Shown here piece after piece: positions 1 through 11,244 of a stretch of DNA of 64,000 nt. The translations under genes were made by a program, and so were the position numbers. Numbering within the stretch: the stretch's first letter is position 1; each line of letters begins with the position of its first letter. The notes under the pieces are model-generated. The model did not search any database, was not told the DNA's origin, and was given only the letters and a program-made list of their open reading frames with translations. The stretch is from Camelus ferus (lineage: Eukaryota), in assembly GCF_009834535.1 (NCBI RefSeq), contig NC_045713.1:14694001-14758000 (forward strand), in the 5' to 3' direction.

Positions 1-314
1 GAACCACAATATTAAATAGTGGCAGTGCTAGTGGGCTTCATTGTCGTACTCCTAATTCTAGTGGGTACACCTCTCAGTGTTTCCCATTAAAGATGATGCT
101 GGCTGAAAGGATAAGTAGTCCATTAAGGAAGAATCCATTAGTTACTATTTTGTTATCTTTCTTATGAAGAAGGAGTTTGTATTTTGTCAATTATCTTTTC
201 AGTAATTATGAAAATGATCATTGGATTCTTCTTTTTATTATAAGATGGACAGACTTAGAATAAAAAGATTTTCTATGACTAAATCATTTTTGCATTCCTG
301 GAATAAATCTTATT

Positions 315-457
315 TGGTCATGGCAATTTTTTTCCCCTTTGGGGGTAATTAGGCTTATTTACTTAAATGGAGGTACTGGGGATTGAACCCAGGACCTTGT
401 GCATGCTAAGCACATGCTCTACCACTGAGCCATACCCTCCTGATCAAGGCAATTTTT
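315..457 (-). mobile_element. tRNA-Ala-derived SINE (camelid Vic-1-like) with target-site duplication
   Basis: Reverse complement reads ggagggtatggctcagtggtagagcatgtgcttagcatgcacaaggtcctgggttcaatccccagtacctcca plus an A-rich tail. Flanked by imperfect 17-bp direct repeats tggtcatggcaattttt (315-331) and tgatcaaggcaattttt (441-457). Confidence 0.9.
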
Positions 458-1199
458 ACCAGGTTGTGATATCTTTGTTACATTAATTTCATAAAAAGAA
501 TCTGGAAGTTTTCCTTCTTTTTGTATACTGTGGAAGTCCTCACAGCATTTGAATTGTCTAATTTTTAAAGATTTACAAGAATCTTCTGTGAAACTGAGGC
601 TGGTCCTTTTTCTTGTGTGTGGGACTAGGCTTTTTGAGTTTCAATTTCCTGTATGGAAATTGCTTTCTCTATTTGTATGTAAATCTTTCTACTTATTAGG
701 TCCTTTATTTTTAATTTATGGATTTCTAAGTTTCTATTTATTAATATTTTGCTCCTGTTTTCCTTTCATATATCTTGTTGTTTTCCTAATTTTGAGTTAA
801 AGGCTTAATTACTTTAATTTTTGTATATCAATATACATTTTTTATAGCCTTGAACAGTCTTCTGAGTACCACTTTAGATTGTATCATAGACTCTGACATG
901 TAGTGTTTTCTAGAAAAATTATGCTATTTTAATTTGTATTTCTCCTTTGACCCAAGGTTACTTAATAGTTTCTAAATTTACAGGTAGAAAGAACTTACAA
1001 ATTTTTCATTATTAACTTCTAGTTTGTACCGCACTGTGATAGATCCTAATGTATTATTTCTACTGTTTGGACTCTACTGATTCTTCCTTTATTGCAACAG
1101 TATATAGTCAATTTGTATCAATCCTGGAAAGATATATTCTTTTACCACAGTAGAAGACAAATAGAACTATAAGAACCATCTCACTGACAATTTAAGTGT

Positions 1200-1690
1200 T
1201 CTACATTTTTATTGTTTTCTTGTGGTTTATTTGGACTGAGACACAAATTCTGTCTTCCTCTGTCTGGCTCTCCTTTTGATTCCTGTCCTGAGGTTCATTC
1301 CCTTACACTTTTCCCTTTGCAAAGTGACCAAATATTACTATTCCAGCTACCAACTATATGCTGATTACTCCCAAATCTCTACATCCTTATGTCTGACCTC
1401 TAATCCCCACTGTCCAAGTGCCCAGAAAATAACCTTGTTTTATTTCCTCCATGGGCTGAATCTCATCTAAAATCAAAACTGTCTTCTTCCAAACTCTGCT
1501 CCTGGGTCCAAACCCTGCCATGGCCTTACCACAGCTCTCTATAGCTATAACTTAGAAGTTCTTAGAGGGTAGGAATGGAGCATTACATATTAGCATTATG
1601 TATTTTTTTTAACCTGCTGAATATCAACTCCAAAAGCCAACTCTGCCTGACACAAAACCAAATAGCATTTATTAAATGTTGGTGAATGAC
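1200..1690. mobile_element. Degenerate L2 LINE fragment
   Basis: L2-like wording (ctgacctctaatccc, aaatcaaaactgtcttc, ttaaatgttggtgaatga end). Boundaries approximate. Confidence 0.5.
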
Positions 1691-2324
1691 TCTAAGCTTA
1701 AATCACCAGCTGCAGAGTTTGGGCAAGGGAGGGGAAAGGTGAGGGTGAGGATTGGTTCTCAGGACCTCAATGTGCAGTGTTACTGGAGCTGTCAACATAT
1801 CCACCAGTCACCCAAAATAAATTCTAGGTTTGCCTAAGGCTCAGGAAAAACTTAGTGTAATAAATTTGATCTGTTTACACTTTTCCTTAAAATAAAGAAA
1901 ATATTTTTTTAAAAAAAGAAAGTATTACATAGAATAATCTGTGGGAAATTAACCAGGCCCAGTAGGTATGGCTACCCTGACTATGCACTGTAAGACAACT
2001 AGAGTTCAATAACCATGGATTTCTGTCACCCCAGGCAACTCAAAGAACTCCCTCTCTGCTCTATGTCAGCCTCAGAACCAGTCTTGAAGGCAAAGTAAAA
2101 AATACCAAGCACTCAGCAAAATGATTTTTGAGGGCTCCTGGCTCTAGAGTATAAGTATATTTCTAGAGAAAAGCTGAAGTATCTCTAAGCTGCTTCCAGA
2201 TGAGTTCATATGTAGCACTGAGGACACTTATTAACCGTTACTGGGAAATGAGGACAAATGAAGAAGGCCCCAATTCACCAACCATACAGGAAATTCACAG
2301 ACAAAATTATGAGAAATGCAGCAA

Positions 2325-2585
2325 GGAGGCAGTATAGCTCTGGGCCAAGACTGCAAGCTCTGATGTTAGATCCCCTGAGTTCAAATACCCACTCCACAAC
2401 CTACTGTGTGACCTTTAGCAAATTTCTTTGCTGATCTCTGCTTCAGTTCCATCATCTATAAAATAGTAATAATTCCTATGCCCCACAGTACTATCGTGAG
2501 AATTACATGAGATAATAAATGCATGCAAAGTACTTAGACTAGTGTATATTGGCATACAAGTGCTTAGTAAGTGCTAGATATTATT
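2325..2585 (+). mobile_element. MIR SINE
   Basis: MIR core: gagttcaaatacccactcc..ctgtgtgacctttagcaaattt..ctctgcttcagttccatcatctataaaat..gtgagaattacatgagataat. Confidence 0.75.
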
Positions 2586-3039
2586 TCCATTGAAAATGAT
2601 GTTTTCTCTTATACTAGTACATACTTCACAGCTATTGAACATCAAAAAAAAAAAAAAAGACATAAAAGAATTAGTCATACGTCCAATGAAAACACAAATG
2701 TAAAATGCACCTGTTGAGAGAATACTACTGGATGCAGAAAATGGATTTGGAAACAGTATGCCTGCAATTTCTGTGTGTTTAAATGTTTGATGTTAGTACA
2801 TAGGTCTCAGGTCTTGCTTACCAAGAGAAGTCCCCTCCACCCTTGCTGCCCCCAAGATACAGGTAAAATGGCCTCTCACAGCTGGAGAATGCTCTGTTTC
2901 ATAGAATACAACAAAAATTAAACATGCGTGTGATTATGTACTTAGCTGGTGTGAACAGTGCCTCAAAAATGTCTGAGATGAAACAGAACATGCTTTTCCC
3001 AGTCTTCAACCTTAACACACAAGGGATTTGATTTCTTAC

Positions 3040-3163
3040 CTAGTAACATCATCTCCCCAATATTGTCTTCTTCCATCTCTGAGGTGGGCTGCTGAACAGG
3101 ATCCAGGCTAACACATTCTTCTTGGGAGTGAAATACATTCAAATCCTCAAAGACTACCAGCTC
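3040..3163 (-). CDS. ZNF200: ZNF200 coding exon 3 (degenerate KRAB-A-like segment)
   Basis: ELVVFEDLNVFHSQEECVSLDPVQQPTSEMEEDNIGEMMLL; AG/GT flanks, 124 nt, phase 0 to 1. Confidence 0.93.
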
Positions 3164-3465
3164 CTGAAAGAGCAAAGGCCCCCTTCCTCTTAGTAACAGA
3201 GGTTCCTTGACAGCCCTCCTGTTAAGAAAGACTGAGACCCAAAGATCAGGGAACAGATGGCAAAAGGGATTTCTAAGTCCCATGCAGACAGGATAGCCAG
3301 GCTGAGAGGAGCCAGAGGAAAAACAGAAGACAAATGTCCAAGGAGGCAGTGAAAAATGAGTCCAATCTCCCTGCTGACTCCCAAGAGTGTGTTTTTATAT
3401 ATGGGAGGGCTATAAAAGCAGAGGAGACAATGCAGTCAAACAGTGAACAGGAAAACTGAACCCAC

Positions 3466-3557
3466 CTCAGGCTCAGCTTTCAAACACAGAGACACTGTCT
3501 CCTGTTTCTGCTGGATTCCTTCTCTGGGTACAAGCTTCACTAAGGGACGAGGTTGCA
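3466..3557 (-). CDS. ZNF200: ZNF200 coding exon 2
   Basis: 92 nt, VQPRPLVKLVPREGIQQKQETVSLCLKAEPE; ccccag acceptor and gtgggt donor; frame joins its neighbours. Confidence 0.9.
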
Positions 3558-4187
3558 CTGGGGAAAGAGGAAGCTGTAGTAAATAGAAAAGTCAGTAACT
3601 CTAATATGGCAACTCTACCCACACCTTGAAGCCAGGCTGTCCTCATTCCTTTGGCAGGTAACTCATGGCTTTTTATGCTCTTATGAGCCATCAGAGGTCA
3701 AGCCACAAACTACAGGGTCTTGAACCTAAATGGGGTCTCCTCATTATGAAAAGGATGATCCCCCTAAGCACCTTTTAAAATTCCCACTGCTACTAAAAGG
3801 AAGGCTGGGGAAAGGTAAAGGCTGAAGATGTCCATAGCAAGCACAAAATTTCCAAAAATTCCACATGAGCTGAAGTCAATTCAATAATTTATCCACATTT
3901 CTTTATCCTGGAAAGATACTCCCCACCCCTAAAAATATTCGGGTAAAACTAACACTACAGAAAAGATGCGCGCTGATCATTCTATGGCTTTACACTTACT
4001 CAGCAAACCACTCAAGCTCCAGCTTGAGAACAAAAATACTCCCTCTCCTTGGCATGCTGACTTATTAAAATCAACTCCTTTTTCCAATACCCACCATCCT
4101 AACTTGAATTCATTACTAACATGGAAGCCTATCTCAGTCCCCAGTAGCATCCCCTTCTCTTCGAGTGAAACAGTGTGTGCTTCTTAC

Positions 4188-4434
4188 CTCTATTCTGAAG
4201 GTTTGAGCTCACATCCTTCATAATAACCAAGGTCTCCTTGACTTTCTGACTGGGCTGGACCAGGCTTGGCTTGGGCAAGAAGGTGAGGAAGTGCTCCAGA
4301 ACTAGCTGATGGATGGTCTTGGGCCCACTAGTAGCATCTCGAAGTAGGTCCTGGCCCAGCTTGGAGTTGGGAGGAACCCTCAGTATAAAGGACCGCTTTG
4401 GCTTTGGGGGCATAGGAACCACTTTAGCAGCCAT
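4188..4434 (-). CDS. ZNF200: ZNF200 first coding exon
   Basis: MAAKVVPMPPKPKRSFILRVPPNSKLGQDLLRDATSGPKTIHQLVLEHFLTFLPKP.. matches the ZNF200 N-terminus. gtaaga donor at 4187; probable acceptor near 4520. Confidence 0.95.
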
Positions 4435-4849
4435 CGTGTCTTGAAATCACACGCCACCCTTGTTTCTGCAGAGCTTCAAGAGCCACCTCTGACTGGAGGA
4501 AACCTGTCAGACAGCCACACTGCAGATGAGAGAAACCATGGGTCAGACTGGGCATGCCTGCACTCCAATGTGTGTCTTAGGTAGTGAGGCCACAGAAGAT
4601 CCAAATCCGAAGGGACAGACAAGCTGGGGTAGGGAACTCAAAACTGAAAGGAAGATGCCTCAATCTTATACTCTTAGCAAGGCCCGAAAGGAATATCCTG
4701 AGACTGAAAGCCAAAAGATGGCCAAACCTCAAGGGCCAAACAGAAGGGAGCACAGGCAGCCGGCAGAAGATCAAGGGCCATCTTCCTGAGAGAACTCCAC
4801 TGGGAAGAATGGCTTAACCCATGCTGGTAGAAAAAACAATGGTCTAGAA

Positions 4850-6000
4850 GGCAGGAAATCTGCGGTCCAATACAGAGAGCATCTGCTTAAGAAGTCAGCT
4901 TGGCCACTAAATCTGGCCTCACTGCATCTCTTCAACCGCCGGTCCCTGGGATGCCATTCGGGGTGGGGAGGGGGCAGTTGATGGCTCAAGGAGCAAACGC
5001 AAGGCTGCATCAGGTGTCTACATGTGGCTTGCTGAGTCCTTTCTGCCCTCAAAGCCCCTTAAGAGAGGCAGGGAACAGCACAGTAGGGCCCACCGGGCCA
5101 GGCCCACTCTGGAGCCTCTCCCACTGGCCAAGGGGCATCTTCACCGCTGGCGGCATCGCCTGGGGCGTGCCCCAGCTACCAATCCAGCCAGGCTCCTCCA
5201 GCAACGGACTACACTCCGCTTCCCGGAGCCCGCTCAGCCTGGTTCCCGCCCTCCCGGAGTCCCTCACCTCTTGAGGTTCTGTCGCCTCGGGGCGCTCGTT
5301 GGGGACAGACCAGAGACCCAGACTCGGGGAGAGACCAGGAAACTAGGCTCGAGAGGCCAAGCCCACCTCTCGCCCTTCGGAGTGTCCTCACAGGCAGCCG
5401 GCGACTATTGGTGTGCGCCGCCGTCAGTTGGGGAAGACGGCAGGGACGCGGTGCCTTCTGGGAGGAGGAGCGCGTCGGCAGCCGTGACGTCACGCCCGGT
5501 GCCTCGTTTCCGGTGCGGAAGCTTGGTCTCCTCGTTTTGAGCGGACTGTCTGCGCTTGAGAAGGCGAGGCTCGGAGCCGGCAGGTGGAGCTTTCAGGACC
5601 TCAGGGAGGCCAGGTTGGCGGCAGCCGCTCTCCCTTTGGCTGTACTTGGGAGATGGAAAGCAGAAGGCTGGCTTCAGCCCTCCGTGACCGGCTGGCACAA
5701 TTCCAGGTACGGACTGTCTAAATCCTGTGGTTGCTGGGAAAGGTAGTTCGGAAGCAAACAGCCAATGGGAGATCGCCAGGCGAAGAGATTGGGGCGGGGG
5801 CAGGGCTGGGGCTCGACCGGAAGCGGGCTATTTCACGGACCGGAAGGGCTGCAAGAGGCTACCGCAATTTCCGCTGCAGCATCAGAGGTCGACCAAAAAA
5901 CTGCGGAGGCGGGGAGTCGGTAGTGGGTCAAGGCGTCCGCCAGGTCTGGGGTCCTGCTACAGCCGTCCCTTCGTCTGGATAGCAGGGCTACCCCACCTTC
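4850..6000. promoter_or_regulatory. CpG-island promoter of ZNF200, possibly bidirectional
   Basis: CpG-rich. Palindromic CRE TGACGTCA 5485-5492, ETS ccggaag near 5817, CCAAT near 5762. Minus-strand donor near 5268, plus-strand donor ccag|gtacgg near 5706. Confidence 0.8.
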
Positions 6001-6869
6001 CCCTATTTGCCAGCTTTTACACTGCCGTGTGGACTGGCTGTCTTATTTTCTAAGGAATTCTAGCCTTCTTTCTCAGACCATTTCCGTTTCAGTCCTCGAT
6101 TTCAGCCTCTCACGGACGTCTAACAGCGTCTTTCTGCATTGTTCCCATACTCGGTTCATTCCCCAGTGAAGTACTGATCAGGATTGGGACAATACAAGGG
6201 TAGGGATTGCCTTATTCCTCTAGGCAGCACCAGCCTCAGGCAGGATGACTAAAGTGGAAATATAAATGAATCCCGTTTGTTAACGCTAACTATAGACGAC
6301 TCACTTAGCCATGGTCTAAAGCATGTTAAAACTGTGGCAACAAAAATTTTAAAAAAATTATACTTGCCTTTCCAGACATCAAAATTACTAAAAATCCTCA
6401 TTTAATCAATGAACTAGGAGTGAATAAGTGGAACAATAAGTGCCAAATTTGATCTGAATGTATGTGGACCTGTATGAAAGGGTAGCAGTTCAACTTTCTG
6501 CTAGCAAAACTTGTCTGTTCTTCTGGTAAAAAAAAGTAAGGCTCCCATCCCTAAACTACTTACCCCCCAAAATGGAATTTAATAACCAGTGAAAGAGCAC
6601 TAAAGAGAATAAAGTTTAATGTTGAGGCAAAACAGGAAACTGGGGTGCCTTAAAGTAAAATATAAACTTATGTGATTGTTTTTAAAAAAAAAAAACTTAA
6701 AAAACAAATGTCAAACAAGCAATAGACTGGAACATAATTGTAGTAGATAAGCCAGATAAAGAATTAGATAGTCCCAGCATACAAGGAGCTTTTGTCAACT
6801 GACAGAAAGGCTATGAAGCAGAGGCTGTGAAGTCATTCCACAGAGGAAGAAAACTGTATGGTCATTAAC

Positions 6870-7475
6870 ATTTGAAAAGATGCATAGTCACTTCGGAAAG
6901 AGTTTGGCAGTCTTTCAGAATGTTAACATAGGATTACAGTAGGATCCAGCAATTCCATTCCTGTGTAGAAACTCAAGAGAAATGAAAACATGGCCACATG
7001 AAAACTTGTACTTGAGTAGCAGCATTATTTATAATGGCTGAAAAGTAAAAAACACCCTAGATGTCTATCAACTGATAAACAGAGAAACAAAATGTAGTGT
7101 ATCCATATGACAGATTATTATTTAGCAATAAAAAAGGAATGAAGCTCTGATACATGCTGAAACATGGATGAACTTTGAAATGTTGTGCTAAACCAAAGAA
7201 GCCAGTCACACAAGAGCACATATTGTGTGATTATTCTTTCGTGAAATGTCCAGAACAGGCAAACCCATAGAGATTGGAAGTAGGTTAGTGGTTGTCAGGG
7301 GCCAGGGGCAAAGGAGAATGCAAGTGACTGACTGCTAATGGGTGCAGGGCTTATTTTGGGGTGATGAAAATGTTCTGGACTTAGTGGTGATGTTTGTACA
7401 CATTGTAGATATACTAAAAACCACTTTATTGTTTAAAAGTGTGAATTTTATGGTATGTGGATTTTATCTTTAAAA
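6870..7475 (+). mobile_element. L1M (L1MB-like) 3' fragment
   Basis: Typical L1MB 3' UTR text (gatccagcaattccattcct, acatggatgaactttgaaa, ggggtgatgaaaatgttctgg, gtgaattttatggtatgtg). Confidence 0.85.
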
Positions 7476-8059
7476 AACCCCACCAGACAGGGAAAACTTC
7501 ACCTTACAGAAACAAATATTTAGTGCCTAAAATATTTATGAAGAAGTACTACAAAAAAAAGAAGTACTACAAACAACTAAGTTCAATATCTATATTCTAC
7601 ATAACAAGTAAAGGAGCTGTACCATTATTGTAGACTTGATAGAAGCAATTTTCACATACTGAGGTATGGGAAAGTCATTCTGTCTTATACATGATTTGGC
7701 TTGAACTTTATGCTGAATAGAACAGCCTGTGTTATGGGCTGTCAAACATACACTGTACATGTGCTTTAACCATTAAGAAAACAAAATACAGTTACCAGAT
7801 TTTTTAGAGCATCCACTTTGAAGATAGAGACAAATGCCATTCCTTCCCCACCTGCCATGACGCCAATACTAGTACTCCTTTGAAAATAAGCTTCCCTTCC
7901 CAGACACCAAGTTCATGCTAACTAGCTATATACATGCTAATCTATCTCTTTTGAAACCTTGAAGGAATGTATGCCTGTCATGTTTGATGTTTGTTCCTTG
8001 TTCTGACAAGATATAAGACTGTGGTTCGGGCATCCAAAATAGAGCCAGGTGGCGATTGT

Positions 8060-8463
8060 GATGTAGTTTCAGACATGTGCCTGTATCATTAAGAACTTGA
8101 ATTTTCTGAACTGTATCAAACTCAGGAATACCACAGGCCATTCTCAAAGCAAGGTCTGGTAGTAGCTGCCAGCTGCCAGCTGCAACCTAATGGTCTCAAG
8201 GTCTCCCCTTATAACTACGCAACCATTTCATACCCCAACCAATCCTTACTTAAAAGCTCTTTTACTTCTTGCCGGCTTCAATTATAATTCTTGACAAACA
8301 ACTTAGCTTTGTGGCTTTTGCTGTATAAGCCACCCCATTTTGTAGTCCGGTGGAACACATCTCAGGTGCTTCTTAAACCTGTGTCTCCTAGGCAATAGTT
8401 CTCAGTTTGGCTCAAATAAAACTCTTTTCTATTACTATTACAGATTTTTTGATTATGTGTGTG
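8060..8463 (+). mobile_element. Solo ERV1-like LTR (degenerate)
   Basis: TATA-like ctgtataag followed by R-region wording ctcagtttggctcaaataaaactctt; ends ..tgtgaca. 5' boundary uncertain. Confidence 0.5.
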
Positions 8464-9673
8464 ACAGAATGAAGAAAAAAATAGAAATTCACATGGAAAA
8501 TTTCATAGTCTCATTAGCAAGTAATGAAATAAATAAAAACACAAATAAAACTCCATTAAATCTCTATTAAATCAGCAAAAATATTTAAAATGACAAACAT
8601 TGCTTCGAACATGAAACATTTAAAAATCTTTTCCAAAGGATTGTATGGCCAACTACTGCAAGCGTTATCAAAATAGTTCACATTCTAGAACCATTTTAGG
8701 AAAAACAGTAGAGGAAATATGTGTATGGGGAGTTGATGGAAATACACACCATGCTGTTCATGGAAAGAGAAGGAGGGAGACTTGGGAACAACAAATGACC
8801 AACCATAGGGAACACTGAACAAATAGCATATGTGAACTGTGCCAGCATGTGCATTATGCACATAGAACAAAGCTCCATGAAAAAAGCAAAGCAAGTGTTT
8901 TGTGCTCTGGTGACAACCATGGAGAACCCAAGTCCAGTGTAGGCGCTAGTGTGGAGATGGGAAGAGAGGTTGGGGTAGGAGAGTTTGGAGTTGAATCTTC
9001 ATTGACTCTCCTTTTCTCTGACATCCCTCTCTTTACATCTCTTTAAGTGGAGGATGATAGAGGAACATCTGTGAACTAGAACATCTCATATTCCACAGGC
9101 CCACAGCTTTGCAGATACAGATCAGGGGAGAATAATCTGACACTTGGAACATGTGTCAGATGTTTTTCTGACAGCAGCCCCATTTCCCTTGTGATCTTCT
9201 GTAGGGACTTGGGATCTCATAGTGATCGACTGAGTGACAACTGCAATTATGACGACATTTTCTAATGGATTTATTTATGAGGCTCAGCCAGTGCTCTTAA
9301 GAACCACAGTTCGTTAATCCAAGTACAAAAATGATTGATGACAATCCACTCTACTTGTTTTTTCCTTAGGCTTCCGAAGTACTCAAGACAAGGGAGGATA
9401 GAATGAGGGAACAAATCCTTGTTTGGGGGGCCTGAGGGCGAACAACAGTGGGCTCTCTGACTCAGGAGCATCTGTGGGTGCTAATTCATACAAGGATTTA
9501 TAAAGCAACATCCATGTGCTTCCTTCTCTGAAATCCATGGCAGGGACTATTCTCTTATTCATTATATTCCCCACAGCAGCCAGAACTCAGTAGGTGTTCC
9601 ATAGTGACTCTTGAGTGTATGGATTCGAGATACAAGGCCAGGAGCCTGAAGAGAGATGCAGAGTGTTGGGCAT

Positions 9674-10232
9674 TCAGTGAGGCCCCTGGGTGCCCACTGG
9701 ACAGATGGTCAGAGGATCCAAGTTCTTCTCTCCATCATGTGTCCTGCAGCTAAAGATAGGTTGAAAGGGCCCAGAGGAAAAGAAGCCAGTGACTGTGTAG
9801 ATGTGGGATTTACAATGTGTCATGTTGTAAAAGGAAGTGTCCCCAGCCTTGTAGTCCAGGAAGGTACCCACATGCCTCTTCAGTTTCCCGCATCTGGTTC
9901 AGGGGAAAAGTGGATGCCTGGTACTCATTTTGCTTCATCATCATCTCTACCCAGTAACCATTCTCTAGTGACAGAGTCATAGTCTCCTTCCTGCTGGTGG
10001 CTGCCTTGCAGACACCCAGGACCCACCTTGTCTTGTCTCCCACCTTCACTTCCCAGCAATGGTGGCTAGAGAGGAAGCTTAGAGAGCCCAGGGCAATGAT
10101 TCAGCTATCAAATCTTTCTGGACTGTCAGGCAGATGGTCCCACTTTTTTCCAAGTCTCACACTCTTCAAGTCATCAGAGAAGGTGAAAGATGAGGTTGGG
10201 GTGGGCAGTTTCCGCTTCCAGAATTACATCAA
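9674..10232 (-). pseudogene. MEFV: MEFV exon 10: decayed B30.2 (PRY-SPRY) coding relic, now predicted 3' UTR
   Basis: Clear B30.2 text in three frames (VDVILEAETAHPNLI / FSDDLKSVRLGKKWD..WEVKVGDKTRWVLG..ENGYWVEMMMKQNEY / VGTFLDY..LTICPVGTQGPH*). Has a +7 insertion (10182-10188), an in-frame TGA (10101-10103) and a -5 deletion (~9872-9900). ctgcag acceptor intact. Confidence 0.92.
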
Positions 10233-10380
10233 CTGCAGAGAGAATTAGAATTCCTGGCTGGAGGTCCATGGGCAACATCCCCACAGGATTCTCCCCATAT
10301 CCGGGAAACATGGACAGGGTTGTTCTTCTGTAACACGCTGGGGGATGGCACAGGGACCCGGCAGGTCCAGGCCTCTCACC

Positions 10381-10412
10381 TCAGGGTGCCTGAACACCAA
10401 TCAGTTCTGGAA
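10381..10412 (-). CDS. MEFV: MEFV exon 9, terminal coding exon: VPELIGVQAP*
   Basis: 33-nt exon 10380-10412 (tgtag acceptor, gtgaga donor). In phase 1 it reads TT CCA GAA CTG ATT GGT GTT CAG GCA CCC TGA G; stop at 10381-10383. Confidence 0.9.
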
Positions 10413-10760
10413 CTACAGAGAAAAAGGAGATGGGAAAGAGTCCAGAGCATTCCCATTCAAAGGGGCTAAATCTACCTTGATCCCCACAACAAGAAAAGGC
10501 AAGACCTCCCTCCCTGCTCAGGACCCTGCTGCTTCTGCTTGGATATAACCCCACTCCTCCCTGCAGCCAGGCTTGCCTTGGATACTCTGTGGTCTGGTGA
10601 GTTGACTCAGCCGATGACTCTGGCATAGAGCCTGTCATGGCTTTTCTCCCACCTTTGTTACAGGTATTTTTCTCTTTCCAAATTAATGCTCCAAAATCAA
10701 TAGCCTAAGGGAAAACTGCATTAATCCCTGGCCAGCACGTACTACCCACACCATACTCAC

Positions 10761-10793
10761 CACTGAAGGTTTCCATTTCTGAGCGCAGGGTTT
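10761..10793 (-). CDS. MEFV: MEFV exon 8 (33 nt, ETLRSEMETFS)
   Basis: ttttag|aaaccctgcgctcagaaatggaaaccttcagtg|gtgagt. Confidence 0.92.
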
Positions 10794-10972
10794 CTAAAAG
10801 GAGAAAAGGAGTTTGAGTTAGGTTCCTTGGATAGGGATAGATCTTGAAGACCCTGAAGGCAGAGTCAGAATGGCTGTGGGAAATGCAGAAGGGACACCAG
10901 GGGCCTCTGGGCTACATGGATCTCAGGGAGAAAATGAGCAGGTGCCTCCCATCTTCCCCCAAGCCCACCTAC

Positions 10973-11088
10973 CCAAGAAGTGCTTCATGCTCTTCTCCAC
11001 AAACTCTGATTTCTGGTAGAGCAGGTGGATCCTTTCTTTCACCTCTGGAGGGGTGGTCCACAGCTCAGGGGCAGTTACCATCTTGGCC
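10973..11088 (-). CDS. MEFV: MEFV exon 7 (116 nt)
   Basis: AKMVTAPELWTTPPEVKERIHLLYQKSEFVEKSMKHFL; tttctag acceptor, gtaggt donor. Confidence 0.93.
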
Positions 11089-11244
11089 CTAGAAACAAAA
11101 GACAGTTGGCCTGGGAGGGCTGGAGCATGGGAGCAGCCCAAGCTCTCATGGGTTAGAAGTGAGGTGTAGCCTCCACAGGGCACACCCAGCCCAGCCTCGG
11201 CTTTGCAAAAAAAAGTTCTCCCTGGACTTCTGGCTCTAAAAACT

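Noticed and set aside
4900-6053. Several 80-170 aa ORFs in the ZNF200 CpG island
   Set aside because: GC-rich sequence is poor in stop codons. The products are Pro/Arg/Gly-rich with no domain similarity.
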